The position numbers and the translations under genes were made by a program. Positions 37,261 to 48,157 of a DNA stretch of 64,000 bases are shown piece by piece. Every line of letters starts with the position of its first letter. Within the stretch, counting starts at the first letter, position 1. The stretch is taken from contig ML978123.1 in the NCBI GenBank assembly GCA_010015805.1, forward strand, positions 2,046,001-2,110,000, read 5' to 3'. The notes beneath the pieces were generated by a model that had not been told where the DNA came from, searched no databases, and saw only the letters and a list, made by a program, of their open reading frames with translations. This stretch comes from Rhizodiscina lignyota. Lineage: Eukaryota.

Positions 37261-38088
37261 ATGACCAAGCAAGCCCGAAAGGCTCGCGCAATCGCGGCAC
37301 GCGAAACCCGACGAGCTCTTGAGGCAATCACCCCAGCAGACTGTGATCCACAATTGCAGTCGCCTCTATTCGGAAGATTGCCGCCTGAGCTTCGCAACCA
37401 GATATTTGCCCTTGCAGTCTCACAGCATGATGATCCGGGCAGAAGTTATGTCTACTATGGCTGGGACCGTATCCCGATGCCTTCGCCAGCGCCTGTGAAG
37501 CGGGTGTGCACCGATTTGCTGAGTACCTGCCGACTTGCGTACTACGAGACAAGCTCAATACCGATGCGCACTTCAGTCATTCAGATGTTCTTCCCAAATG
37601 TGCAGATTCAGGCGAATTGTGCTTCAAAATCGGATTCCAGCGCCGCCTTCATTACGCCGTTGAAGGTGGATAAATTCACAAGAAAGAACCAAGCAGACCT
37701 CAACCATATACATATCTTCACGCCTTGGCTTAGACAGCCTATCCGTTATTTGTTCAAACTTCACCAGTTTGTCCCGAAGAAAATTACCATCACTGTGGGT
37801 TGGCGGGATATCAGAGGTCGGTATTGGTTTTATGGCTTCCCTATAACCGAAATCAAGTTTCCCGTACAGCTTCAAGAGCTGCTCCTGCAGATCGTCGACA
37901 GGAGATCTAGCGAGGAAGATTTCAAGGCTGACGTCCTGGACAAAGTCGACTACTGGGTGCTGACCCGGAAAGATGAAAAGCATTTGAAGCTAGTGGATAC
38001 GTCGTATGGCCGGTTCGTGAAGGCTGCTGCCGATGACGATACGTGGTACTGCGGCTCTCTTACGTGGAGGTTTCAAGAAAGTGGATAA
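37261..38088 (+). CDS. Hypothetical protein with F-box-like N-terminal motif (common fungal family)
   Basis: QLQSPLFGRLPPELRNQIFALA and LLSTCRLAYYET motifs in an intronless 275-aa ORF. Confidence 0.7.
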   Translation: MTKQARKARAIAARETRRALEAITPADCDPQLQSPLFGRLPPELRNQIFALAVSQHDDPGRSYVYYGWDRIPMPSPAPVKRVCTDLLSTCRLAYYETSSIPMRTSVIQMFFPNVQIQANCASKSDSSAAFITPLKVDKFTRKNQADLNHIHIFTPWLRQPIRYLFKLHQFVPKKITITVGWRDIRGRYWFYGFPITEIKFPVQLQELLLQIVDRRSSEEDFKADVLDKVDYWVLTRKDEKHLKLVDTSYGRFVKAAADDDTWYCGSLTWRFQESG

Positions 38089-38115
38089 TCTGATGTATTA
38101 TCACCTGCTCGAAAT

Positions 38116-39039
38116 TCACTTGCGTGTAATTTCCAATATCTTTCGGGTCTTCTCATCTCTCTGCGCGGTATCAACAACCCCATAACTTTCCTGCGCTTGG
38201 CAAAAAATGTCACGTTCCCAGCCATCGCCAACATTCTCCCTCCCAGCGTCATCCCAACATCCTTGAACCGTACCACCAATATTCTTGAAGAATCCTTCCA
38301 GTCCCCCGGGGCCACCTCCCGCATGGTAGCTTTTAAATGGACCCCAAACCGCCCACCTTGGGCCCATACTGGTCTCAACGAGTCTATCCACCTCCTCCAC
38401 AGTAAGAACGCCTTCCTTTACCAGATGGATACCCTCACGAAGCAGTGCAAAAGCCAACCGATTCGAGACGAATCCAATGCATTCCTTTTTCATGACGATG
38501 GGCTCCCTTCCTCTAGCCTTCCAGAACGTCAGAGTTTGTGATATGACATCTTTCGAGGTGGATGGAGATGGTACAACTTCCAACAGTGGGATGATGTGCG
38601 GTGGATTATACGGATGGACGACCAGTAGCCTTGTCTTGTCCTGCATCTTCGCTGACTGCTGAGACGCAGGAATACCAGACGTGCTACTCCACAGGAGTGC
38701 GTGCTTCGGTGCAGCTTCCTCGATCTTCGGCCATATTGACTCCTTGAACGGCAGATTTTCAGGCCCTTGCTCTTCTACGATGTCCGCATCTTTCACAGCA
38801 TCTTGCAAGCTGTCACTGATGTTGACCCTCGAAACGAGGTGGTGCTGGGAGGCATCTAAATACTTTGGCAAGTTCGTCTTTACATATTCCCGAAGATCTG
38901 GCCTCGTATCAAGTATCGTAAGGTCCTCCGGGGCACGTAAATGCCGAAGGTGGAAACCAGCAAATGATAACCCAATTGTGCCTGCACCAACTAGCGTGAT
39001 CCTAGGGGAGCTCGCAAGCTTAATTATCGAAGAACTCAT
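38116..39039 (-). CDS. 3-hydroxyacyl-CoA dehydrogenase family (L-gulonate / L-carnitine dehydrogenase-like)
   Basis: Rossmann motif LVGAGTIG, ADIVEEQGPENLPFK, WSSTSGIPAS, VVHPYNPPHIIPLLEVV, GFVSNRL, MGPRWAVWGPF. Confidence 0.9.
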   Translation of the reverse strand: MSSSIIKLASSPRITLVGAGTIGLSFAGFHLRHLRAPEDLTILDTRPDLREYVKTNLPKYLDASQHHLVSRVNISDSLQDAVKDADIVEEQGPENLPFKESIWPKIEEAAPKHALLWSSTSGIPASQQSAKMQDKTRLLVVHPYNPPHIIPLLEVVPSPSTSKDVISQTLTFWKARGREPIVMKKECIGFVSNRLAFALLREGIHLVKEGVLTVEEVDRLVETSMGPRWAVWGPFKSYHAGGGPGGLEGFFKNIGGTVQGCWDDAGRENVGDGWERDIFCQAQESYGVVDTAQRDEKTRKILEITRK

Positions 39040-39432
39040 GATTTCAAGTACTTTACAGGCATGTCAAAGTCCCGACCGTCGTCGAGATAGCTCTCGGTCG
39101 TTTTCGGCAGTTGGAGCTGTCCCGCATTTCCCCAGGCCAACTAAGATCCAGACCATACTCCATAGACGACAGCCCCGCAACTTCTGTGCGGCCAAGCCAT
39201 CAGCACAATGGGAACTGTTTCCGCATGGCGTAGAGCGGGGCGGAATGTGGGCAGAAAAGATACCGAGCTATAAATCGGTCCCTGGTAGGTTTTTGCATGA
39301 TCCTTCGCTCGGAAATACCGTAACCTCTTGTTGGATTCCGCAAAGCTCTCGATTTGGTCTCGTAGCTAGTATCTCTCGTCTGTAGCTCGCGTGCTCTTTT
39401 CCGTTGTATAGAAGCAATCTGATTTAGGCGCA

Positions 39433-41407
39433 ATGGTGATCTTCAAGTCTCTACAGCCTCCTATCAACCGTGAGCTTTCATTTTCGGCTATATCCTTGAT
39501 GCCGCTCAATTCCTAATATCGTCACAGTTCCCACCGATATCACAACTTGGGATTGGCTCTTCGATTCGGAAATCGGTGCAATATCAAAGATCCCTGAGAA
39601 TGAATTGGCCGGCTACCAGAACTGTCTAACGAAAGAGCGCGTCAACTGGGAACAGGTGAAGGAGTACTCAATTTACATTTCCACAGCGCTGGTCAAGGAA
39701 TATGGCATGCAGCCGGGAGACACAGTATCGCTGTTCAGCCAAAATTCCATATGGTATCCAGTAGCACTACATGGCGCCGTCCGAGCAGGTCTGTATCTCA
39801 TATACAATTTCAATCCTGGAAACCCATCTCCGCTGACACCCAATCAGGTGGAAAGGTTTCAGGAGCATCGCCGGCATACAATGTCGAGGAGATGACATAT
39901 GCGCTGAAGGTGGCCCAAGCCAAATTCATCTTCACCTCGCCAGGATCGAAAGATGTAGGTTTCGCAGCAGCGAAAGAAGCCGGCATCCCCAAGGAAAGGG
40001 TGTTCCTCCTTGAGGGCAATATACCGGGTTACCCAACGATCCATGACTTGATCAGGATAGGCAAGAACTACGGCGAAAGTGAGCAGATACCGGCGTTCAA
40101 GATTCCACCGGGGAAGAAAAACAAAGACGTTTGTGGCTTTCTAAGTTTCAGCTCAGGAACAACTGGTCTCCCTAAGGCGGTACGTTCTCACCTACTCAAC
40201 TTTTGAAGATTGATGACCCTGACAGACATGTCGTAGGTGATGATAGCCCATCAGAACGTCATAGCACAATGTCTCCAAATCCAACAGATCACACCCGAAT
40301 CGCACAAGAAAGTCCTCGCAGTCCTGCCCCTCTTCCACAGTATGCATCACACTCCTCAAACTCTCATTGACCAGGCTGACCAGGCAATTTTTTAGTAACG
40401 GGTCTCGTCCACGGCCTGCATCTGCCCGTCCTAATCAACGCCGAAGTAATCATGTGCCCCACCTTCACCATGTCCCTCATGCTCGAGACTGTTGTTGAAT
40501 ACAAAATAAAAGAGCTTCTGCTCGTGCCACCCATCGTCATTCGGCTGGTGCGTGATCCTATCGTCGACAAGTACGACCTGCGGCATGTGGAGCGCTTTTC
40601 GTGCGGCGCTGCACCGCTCTCGGAGGAGATACTGCAGCAGCTGCAGAAGAAGTTCCCGCAGACGGGATTCAAGCAGGGCTATGGCATGACGGAGAGCTGC
40701 AGTTGTATTTCAGCACACCCACCGGAGAAGTTTGATTATAAATACGCCCATACCGGAGGGACGATTGTGGCGAGCACAGAAGTGAAGATCATCAAGGACA
40801 ATGGAGAGGAGGCGGACTATAATGAGCCCGGGGAAATTTTGGCGAGAGGTCCGCAGGTCACGATGGGATATCTGGACAATGGGCAGGTAAGAAGTCTTGA
40901 ATATGCCACTGAAGGTGAATGCGTCAAGTTTACGCGCCACAGGCCACACGGGAGACTTTCGATGCGGACGGATGGCTCCACACTGGCGATCAAGGCAGCA
41001 TTGACCATGAAGGCGTCATCCTAATACTTGACCGTATCAAAGAGATGATCAAGGTTAAGGGCATTGGCGTTGCCCCGGCGGAGCTCGAAGATCTACTCCT
41101 CGGCCACGCCAAAGTTGAAGATGTCGCCGTCCTTGGTATTAGGGACGACTACTCCGGGGAGTTGCCGAAAGCCTACGTAGTGCCCAAACCTGGTCTCAAA
41201 GCCGACGAGAAATTGGGCAAGGAGCTACTTGCTTTCGTCAGAGAGAAGAAGACGAGGTATAAGTGGGTAAAGGAGATTGAGTTTACAGACGAGATTCCGA
41301 AGAGCGCATCTGGAAAGATTTTGAGAAGAATTCTCAGGGACAAAGAGAGGACTGGTAGGAAGGGACTTTATGTTCGGGATACATTTGGCGAACGGGCTAA
41401 TCTGTAA
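39433..41407 (+). CDS. 4-coumarate / phenylacetate-CoA ligase-like adenylate-forming enzyme, about 5 introns, C-terminal PTS1-like RANL
   Basis: FLSFSSGTTGLPKA, VLPLFH, QGYGMTE, GEILARGPQVTMGY, GWLHTGD, DRIKEMIKVKG, IPKSASGKILRR. Confidence 0.92.
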
Positions 41408-41484
41408 TTGTGTGGTTGCGCCTACTGCTTTGGTATATCTGTAAATCAAGCAAGAACCAGTTGGCCTCGCGGAGTATTCCAAAG

Positions 41485-41521
41485 CCATGCCTTGATGCTC
41501 CATGCCTTGATGCCCTATGCC
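41485..41521. repeat. 15-bp tandem repeat (CCATGCCTTGATGCY x2.5) between the convergent CoA ligase and RPB5 genes
   Basis: ccatgccttgatgct ccatgccttgatgcc ctatgcc read directly. Confidence 0.7.
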
Positions 41522-41598
41522 GAATACGACTTTGTGGCCGACCTTGACCCGTTTAACGCCCGCTTCCACCCTAAACGCCATCATCATGCTCGAATATT

Positions 41599-42426
41599 TC
41601 ATATACACCAACGATATGAGGCATATCTGCCCGCTGTCTCACTCTTTCGGATAATCTTCACCACCTGCCCTCTCCTCAAACCCAAATACTTCGCTACAGG
41701 GTCGTTGACCTGTATCCTAGGCAACTGAGTCTCCTTTAATCTGTATCTTTCCAGCAGCTCCTTCTTCTCTGCCTTGCTCAAAAGCAGATGTGTCGGGACC
41801 AGTTCATGTCGCGTGATGTTCACCAACAAGTCCGATTCCTGGAAAATCTCGATGACGCGTGGTAGGGCAGGTGGAATCAGCTTGTACGCGTTGGTTGTGA
41901 CATTGCCCGAGTTTATGTAGATGCCAGTGTAGAAGTTGTTGTCGTGAATGTACTGAATGAAGTTCTTCACGGGCGCCGTACCAAGCGTTGGCTGGTCCCC
42001 GAACTCCACCCAAACGGTGCCAATCTGCGGCTCCGGATTTGGGTTGCGAGATGTGGGTATGTCGGTGTATTTTTTGAGCATTTCTGGGGTCGGTCGGAGG
42101 GAGAAGCACATCTTCTTGCGACTATCGCGGGTAGCAAATAGTTAGCTTAAACAGGTCTTCGTGCGGAGAAGGCTTCGCCAGAGGATCCATACTCAGGCCA
42201 ACCGTTCTCGTCGCAGTACAGAGCACGGAAACTCTCTAACGTGATTCTCTTTTCATCCTCGAGAATTTCGTAGCCCTTGATTAATTAAAGTCAGTCTGCA
42301 GCTTGCGATTGAAGGCTTGCCCAGGCCCACCCTATCTGCCAGCATCTCTCGACTTGTTCTGAAGACGCGCCACAGCCGTATTGCCTCCTTGTTTCCTGCT
42401 CCAGGCATCTCCCGTTCGTCCGCCAT
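41599..42426 (-). CDS. RPB5: RNA polymerase I/II/III shared subunit RPB5; two introns
   Basis: [99 protein letters not shown]. Confidence 0.96.
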
Positions 42427-42599
42427 ATTGATTAGGGATCGGCGACTGTTAGCCTCTGCAATGAAGTTCGACTTGTAGTATGTGAAGAACAAAGCGCATT
42501 CGCAACTTTCGAGCTTCCTCATGAATCTTCTCGGATCGGAAAAACGTCCGCCGAAGTGAACTCCGCAGTCACCTCCGAGCGCTGTGGGACAAGAGGTTT

Positions 42600-43820
42600 A
42601 TGGCATCACAACAGATACCCAACCTCAATACTCTTTTGAGAGGCAGAGGCGGCCGTGGAAGAGGCAGGCAGAGAGGAAGAGGAGGCACTGCTTCCTCAGG
42701 CGACTATCATGGCTCTGCATCCTCTGCGGACACGATCGTACAGCGAACAGACGATGATGCCGCTGGATCGAGGATGAGCGCCGTTGAGATAGGCTACCTG
42801 CACGATCCATTTGCTCCAGCTTTCTTCGAAGGCGGAGTTACCAGACGCTTCCCAATCATGAACAGAGGTTAGAAGTGCCGGTCCATATCTCTTGTCTTCT
42901 GCGTGCTGACCTGTGGTATAGGAACGTACGTTCGAACTACTGCTATAGATGCGCTTGTTGATCGCTTCCTCGATACACACCCATCGCAACCGAAGCAGAT
43001 TATTTCCTTTGGTGCTGGCTCTGATACTAGATACTTTCGAATCCTCTCGAGGCGTGCTATGAAGAACCTTGTCTACCATGAAATCGACTTTCCGTCCAAT
43101 ACTTCCAAAAAGGTTGCGGCCATTCGGCGCTCTCCTCTTACGCTTCAGACGTTACAATCTGTACGAGGTACAGAAGAAGAAGTAAAGATATCTGTCAGCG
43201 GCGATTCGCTACATTCTTCGACCTATAACATTCATCCTGTTGATCTTAGAGTGCTTGCAGACAACACCGATAATGCAGAGTCTGTCACTGAACGCCTTCC
43301 CCACTTGTCTCAGACGTCGCCGACACTGCTTCTCTCAGAATGTTGTCTGATATATCTTCCTCCTGCAGCCGCAGATGCCATCCTCACTGCTTTCGCCAAT
43401 CGCTTCATCCCGCCTGCAATTCCACTTGGTCTCATCATCTACGAACCCATTCGCCCGAATGATCCCTTTGGGCAAGTAATGATATCAAATCTTGCAACCC
43501 GTGGAATACATCTACAGACACTGAAGAAATACTCTTCCTTATCCAGACAGAAGCAACGCCTTCGGACCGCTGGATTTCAAGGCGGACAAATGGCAGCAGA
43601 TGTCGACTACCTGTGGGAGCAGTGGGTCCATGAGAATGAGAAAGAGCGAGTCAGTGGGCTGGAGATGCTTGATGAGATGGAAGAATGGCGCCTACTGGCG
43701 CAGCATTACTGCGTTGCTTGGGGTTGGAGAAATGGGGAGCATAATGATGCTTCGCTATTCCAAGAGGCATGGAGTGCACTACAGGCGCAAGATAACGAGC
43801 AAGACGATGAGGACATGTGA
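42600..43820 (+). CDS. PPM1: Leucine carboxyl methyltransferase 1 (PP2A methylase); intron ~42868-42921
   Basis: IVQRTDDDAAGSRMSAVEIGYLHDPFA..RRFPIMNRG|TYVRT, QIISFGAGSDTRYF, YHEIDF, LLSECCLIYL, LEMLDEMEEWRLLAQHYCVAWG. Confidence 0.93.
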
Positions 43821-44021
43821 TTTTTGGCGTTTGAATGACGGAGAATAAATACTGGACGAGACGACGGACTTTATGATCTACCCGAACATCCACCGATAGG
43901 GCTGCTCGGAGATTGATGACGCGATTTTGGCGCGAAGAGCCGCGGTAATCGATTACATAGCAAATCGACATTTTTCAAAATCGAAGCATTTCTCGCCCAA
44001 TTCACCCTCCACAAACTTAAA

Positions 44022-44940
44022 ATGGCAGCTTATATTTCTCGCGCAGCTCCTAGAGCTCTGAACACGGCTTTCCGACCAATTGCACGCTCCACATTCCACC
44101 ATGCAAACCCTCAGCGAGCAGCAACGCCCATGTTTCGGAGATTTCTAGCCACACCTGCAGAGGAACAGCCACGACTTCGACTAGGCAGTACAGGTGTGTT
44201 CGTTAGAGCTTATAGTTTTTTGAAGTATGTACGACATTGCTAACGTAGCTTCAATATAGCGCCAAACTTCAAGGCGAAAACTACACAAGGCGACATTGAT
44301 TTCCACGAGTTCATCGGCGATTCATGGGCCATCCTGTTCTCCCACCCAGCAGACTTCACTCCAGTATGCACGACAGAACTCGGCGCCTTCGCAAAGCTGA
44401 AGGGTGAGTTTGAGAAGCGCGGTGTGAAGATGATTGGTCTGGTAGGTATCCCAACTTGAGTTGAACGAAGGAAGGATGTGCTAAATGGCTATTCAGAGCG
44501 CAAACGACCTCAACTCGCACGACCGCTGGATATCCGATATCAATGAGATCAGCAACACAAACCTGCAGTTCCCCATCATTGCAGACGCAGACCGCAAGAT
44601 CGCATACCTGTACGACATGGTCGACCAGCAGGACCTGACGAACATCGACGAGAAGGGCATTGCGTTCACGATCCGCGCTGTCTACATCATCGACCCGCAG
44701 AAGAAGATCCGTCTGACGATGCTGTACCCTGCGTCGACCGGAAGGAATACGGCGGAGGTACTGAGAGTGATCGACTCGTTACAAACAGGAGACAAGAAGG
44801 GGGTTACCACGCCAATTAATTGGAATGTGGGCGAGGATGTGATTGTGCCGCCGCCGGTGTCGACAGAGGACGCAAAGAAGAAGTTCGGGCACGTTAGAGA
44901 AGTGAAGCCGTACTTGCGATTCACCAATGTTGGAAAATAA
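44022..44940 (+). CDS. PRX1: Mitochondrial 1-Cys peroxiredoxin; two introns
   Basis: Arg-rich presequence, [59 protein letters not shown]. Confidence 0.95.
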
Positions 44941-45372
44941 GAGTCAGAGTACCAGCGATATGTGTTGGTGATGACAATTGAATTTGCGATTCAGGAGCTA
45001 GATAAGACACGACATTTTAGATGCATGGGATGTCCAAAACTAGAATATGTTCAATTATAGATTCCAGACTGTAAAATTAAAGGTTTGGATAGTGCTTGCT
45101 ATCGGTTTCACCCATTAATACCTAATCTGGAACGGATAGCGTAAACGGCGTTCAGCGGCATCGAGCATCTGGATTGCCCCACACCCCGCATTGGTGGAGT
45201 GACTGCTCCGTAGCTCGGACGTCAATCCAACCTTACTTTTGTCTGAAGCTCTGCAATGAGCATACATCTGCAAATTCGAGCTTACAATCTACCTCGTCTG
45301 ATTTCCAGAAGTCTTGTCTGCAGTCATTTCGGTCCCCGACTTGTAGGAATCCCGAATCACCGCTATCAAAAG

Positions 45373-46040
45373 ATGTCGACGGTGGACTTCCCGCCGAAGG
45401 AGGTGCGAGAGGTTGTCAATGAAGTAGCCGCGCTCTTGAAAGATAGGAAGGAGACAATCTCTGTGGCGGAGACGGTATGCTCATTAAGCTCACTGTTTCT
45501 TCTTTAGCTTTAGAAGAGTGAGCGCTGACGACTTGCAACGAGGGATAGGCCGCAGGAGGTATAATTTCCGCATCGTTACTGTCCGTCCAAGGCGCCAGCA
45601 CATACTACAAAGGTGGTCTCACTGTACGTATCACTCTCGATTCTATGTTGTGAAGGAAATGAATTGCTAAGTATCGAACCTAGGTCTACACCCTCGATTC
45701 TCGCATCGCCTTCGCCGGCTGGACACCGGACAATGTCACAACCTACAAAGGTCCCTCCCCCGCCGTCGTCTCTGGCCTCGCGGACAACGTGCGCGGCCGG
45801 CTTGGATCGACGTACACTGTCTCTGAGAGTGGAACGGCGGGACCGACTGGTGGTGCCACGAGGAATCGGACACCAGGGTACGTTGCGCTGGCTGTGAGCT
45901 CGGATAAGGGCACGTTTACGCGAGAAGTTGAGACTGGTGTACCGAAGGGAGAAGGCATGAGAGAGTCGAATATGGTCAGGTTTGCGGTGGAGGCGTTGAC
46001 ATTATTGAAGGATGTTATTAAGGGGGACGCGAAATTGTGA
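45373..46040 (+). CDS. CinA C-terminal / PncC-fold protein with C-terminal AKL (PTS1); two introns; upstream in-frame ATG at 45256
   Basis: Spliced ETISVAET|AAGGIISASLLSVQGASTYYKGGLT|VYTLDSR...SESGTAGPTGG..PGYVALAV..RESNMVRFAVEAL. Confidence 0.85.
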
Positions 46041-46375
46041 TGCAACCAAGGGATACGTGGTGGTATGAACAGAGTCGTTATGAGACGAGACGGAATGGAT
46101 GATGCGGATGCAAGATTAGTGGATGCTGAACAAGACGGAAAGAAACACGGGATCTGGCGATGATGGTATCCAAACGACAGGATTGCGCCAGTAAAAGGCT
46201 ATTCGTGACCGTAGTAAGAAAGAACATGAATTTGTACAATAGATACAAATCGGGGTATCTGTGACGACGCAATGTCCTCTGCAAGTGCAATCCATCGTCC
46301 CAAAGTTCATTCATGTATTCCGAATTAAAATAACCCAGACGCCAACGCTGTACATTGCGAATCGACCAGCTGCGA

Positions 46376-46924
46376 CTAGCTTGGTCCATCCTCCTGGCCT
46401 TGAGGAGGGGCATGTCTTGCCTCTGGAGCGAACGTGCTACTTGGTGTGGTGTTCTGACTGTTCTCGGGCGAGTTTTCTGGCGAGCTCTCAGGGCTGATGA
46501 TGAAGAGCTCCTTGTACTGATTTGTGAACATTCGCTTCCAGTACACCTTTGATGGGATGCCGATGCTAGCGAGGCAGTTCTTCATGTTCGGATACTTTGA
46601 ATATGACGTGCGCTCGGGCTCGTTATAGAGGTCTTCGGTGCGAACATCAATGCGCGATTTGCCACGCGGTAACTGCTTTCTCGAACATCGCAAATGGGTA
46701 TCTAAGAAACGAATATCATGTCAGTAATCGTGAGGCCGCTCAAGTATGACTCGTCACTCACTCTTGTCTATAGTCTTTGCTAAGTCTGCCTGCGACTGTA
46801 CTGCGAGACCGGTCGGTCCGCCACGCCACTGGTAAACCAATACGCTGCCTTTGGCGTTCTCATCGATGTTGAACTTGGAGCTTCGAGAGGTAGCTGATGA
46901 CGCGGCGGACTCTGCTTGCGACAT
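46376..46924 (-). CDS. Hypothetical protein (~162 aa); intron 46702-46761
   Basis: GTGAGT..CTGAC..TAG intron joins ORF 46754-46945 (ATG 46924) in frame to ORF 46376-46693. SPEN-like repeats at the C-terminus. Confidence 0.55.
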
Positions 46925-48157
46925 TGTTTCGTCGTTTGAGAGCATTCGTTGGATTTCGAGTCGGTTCGGTGAGGCAGCAGTTATACGCCCGGTCGTGAGT
47001 TGACTCTGTTGCGCGAGAGCGCGAGTGGTTGTGGCTGAGGAAGGCAGCGGTGAATTGAGGTTTATGAGGGCGCAAGCACTGGAGGCGTGATGAACAAGGG
47101 TGGCGTGATTCGGCGAAGGAGGCTGAGGGTGCTTGCAATGTTTTAAACTTCTTCTTGGGCACTAAGGATGGCGAAGGCAAGTCTGTTTTGTAGGAGTGTG
47201 ATATTTTGGTTGCTGGGACCGGATGATGACGCTGCAAAGCGCTGGCGAGATCCTCTCATGTCCCTGGCACCACGCGAGGCTAAGGCAAGGTAAGGTTCGC
47301 TTCTCTGCTGCGACTTCAAGGATCCTGCAGGTTTCTTTGTCCAATATCAAAAGTGTGGCTGAGCTCTCAAGATCTAACTCGCGACATACAAGTCCGTGTG
47401 CGATTTCTATTTGCTAACGATTTGCGCTGGTTCGTTACTTTTCTGACTCCTGTCTCAAAGCTATGCATGTTCCGGACCAGTCTTCCGCCTTGCCGCTACA
47501 TGAATTTGTTTTATTCTGTCAAAAGCTCTTCTCAATAACCTGTGGAGTACCTAGAACAAAAAGCCCACAGTATGTACGGGGTACTCAGAGCTTCCATTCC
47601 ATCCGATCAAGTATGCACAGTGAAATTCAACCAGGCACGAGGACAGTCCTGAGGTCATCACAGCCCCAGACATTTCGATTCCCCAGGCGTCACGAGGAGG
47701 CGTAAAGTGACTCCGAGAGTATGGATCAAGCTTAAGGAGAGGCCGCTGCCTATGCCCCTTAGAGGACGGTCGTCAGCCACACCCGTTCATTAGTCCAGGG
47801 ATGCATCATGCTGATCTCTACCACGGAGCGCACTGCGCGGCCACCCTTAAGGATGCGCGTGAGGCCCCCAGACGTTCTCCCAGTATATTTTTCATTTTCT
47901 CGTCCTACACATGTGAAGCGCTAAGAGCTGTGCCGTCGTCATTGTCAGACTCTGGCGCATTCTGGCTAGAAGTAGTAGTTATACCTTCGTAACCCGTTGA
48001 CGAGAACTACAGAAGCTCCCAGTAGGGGAGCGCCAAAACCTTATAGGACCACATTCAGCCTTGCGAACTACCTCCCGACTCGATCGGAATACGGCCTAGT
48101 AAGAGACTCATAAAAGCGAGAGCACTCGTCCGAGTGTCTCGTAAAGACCTAGAGACT

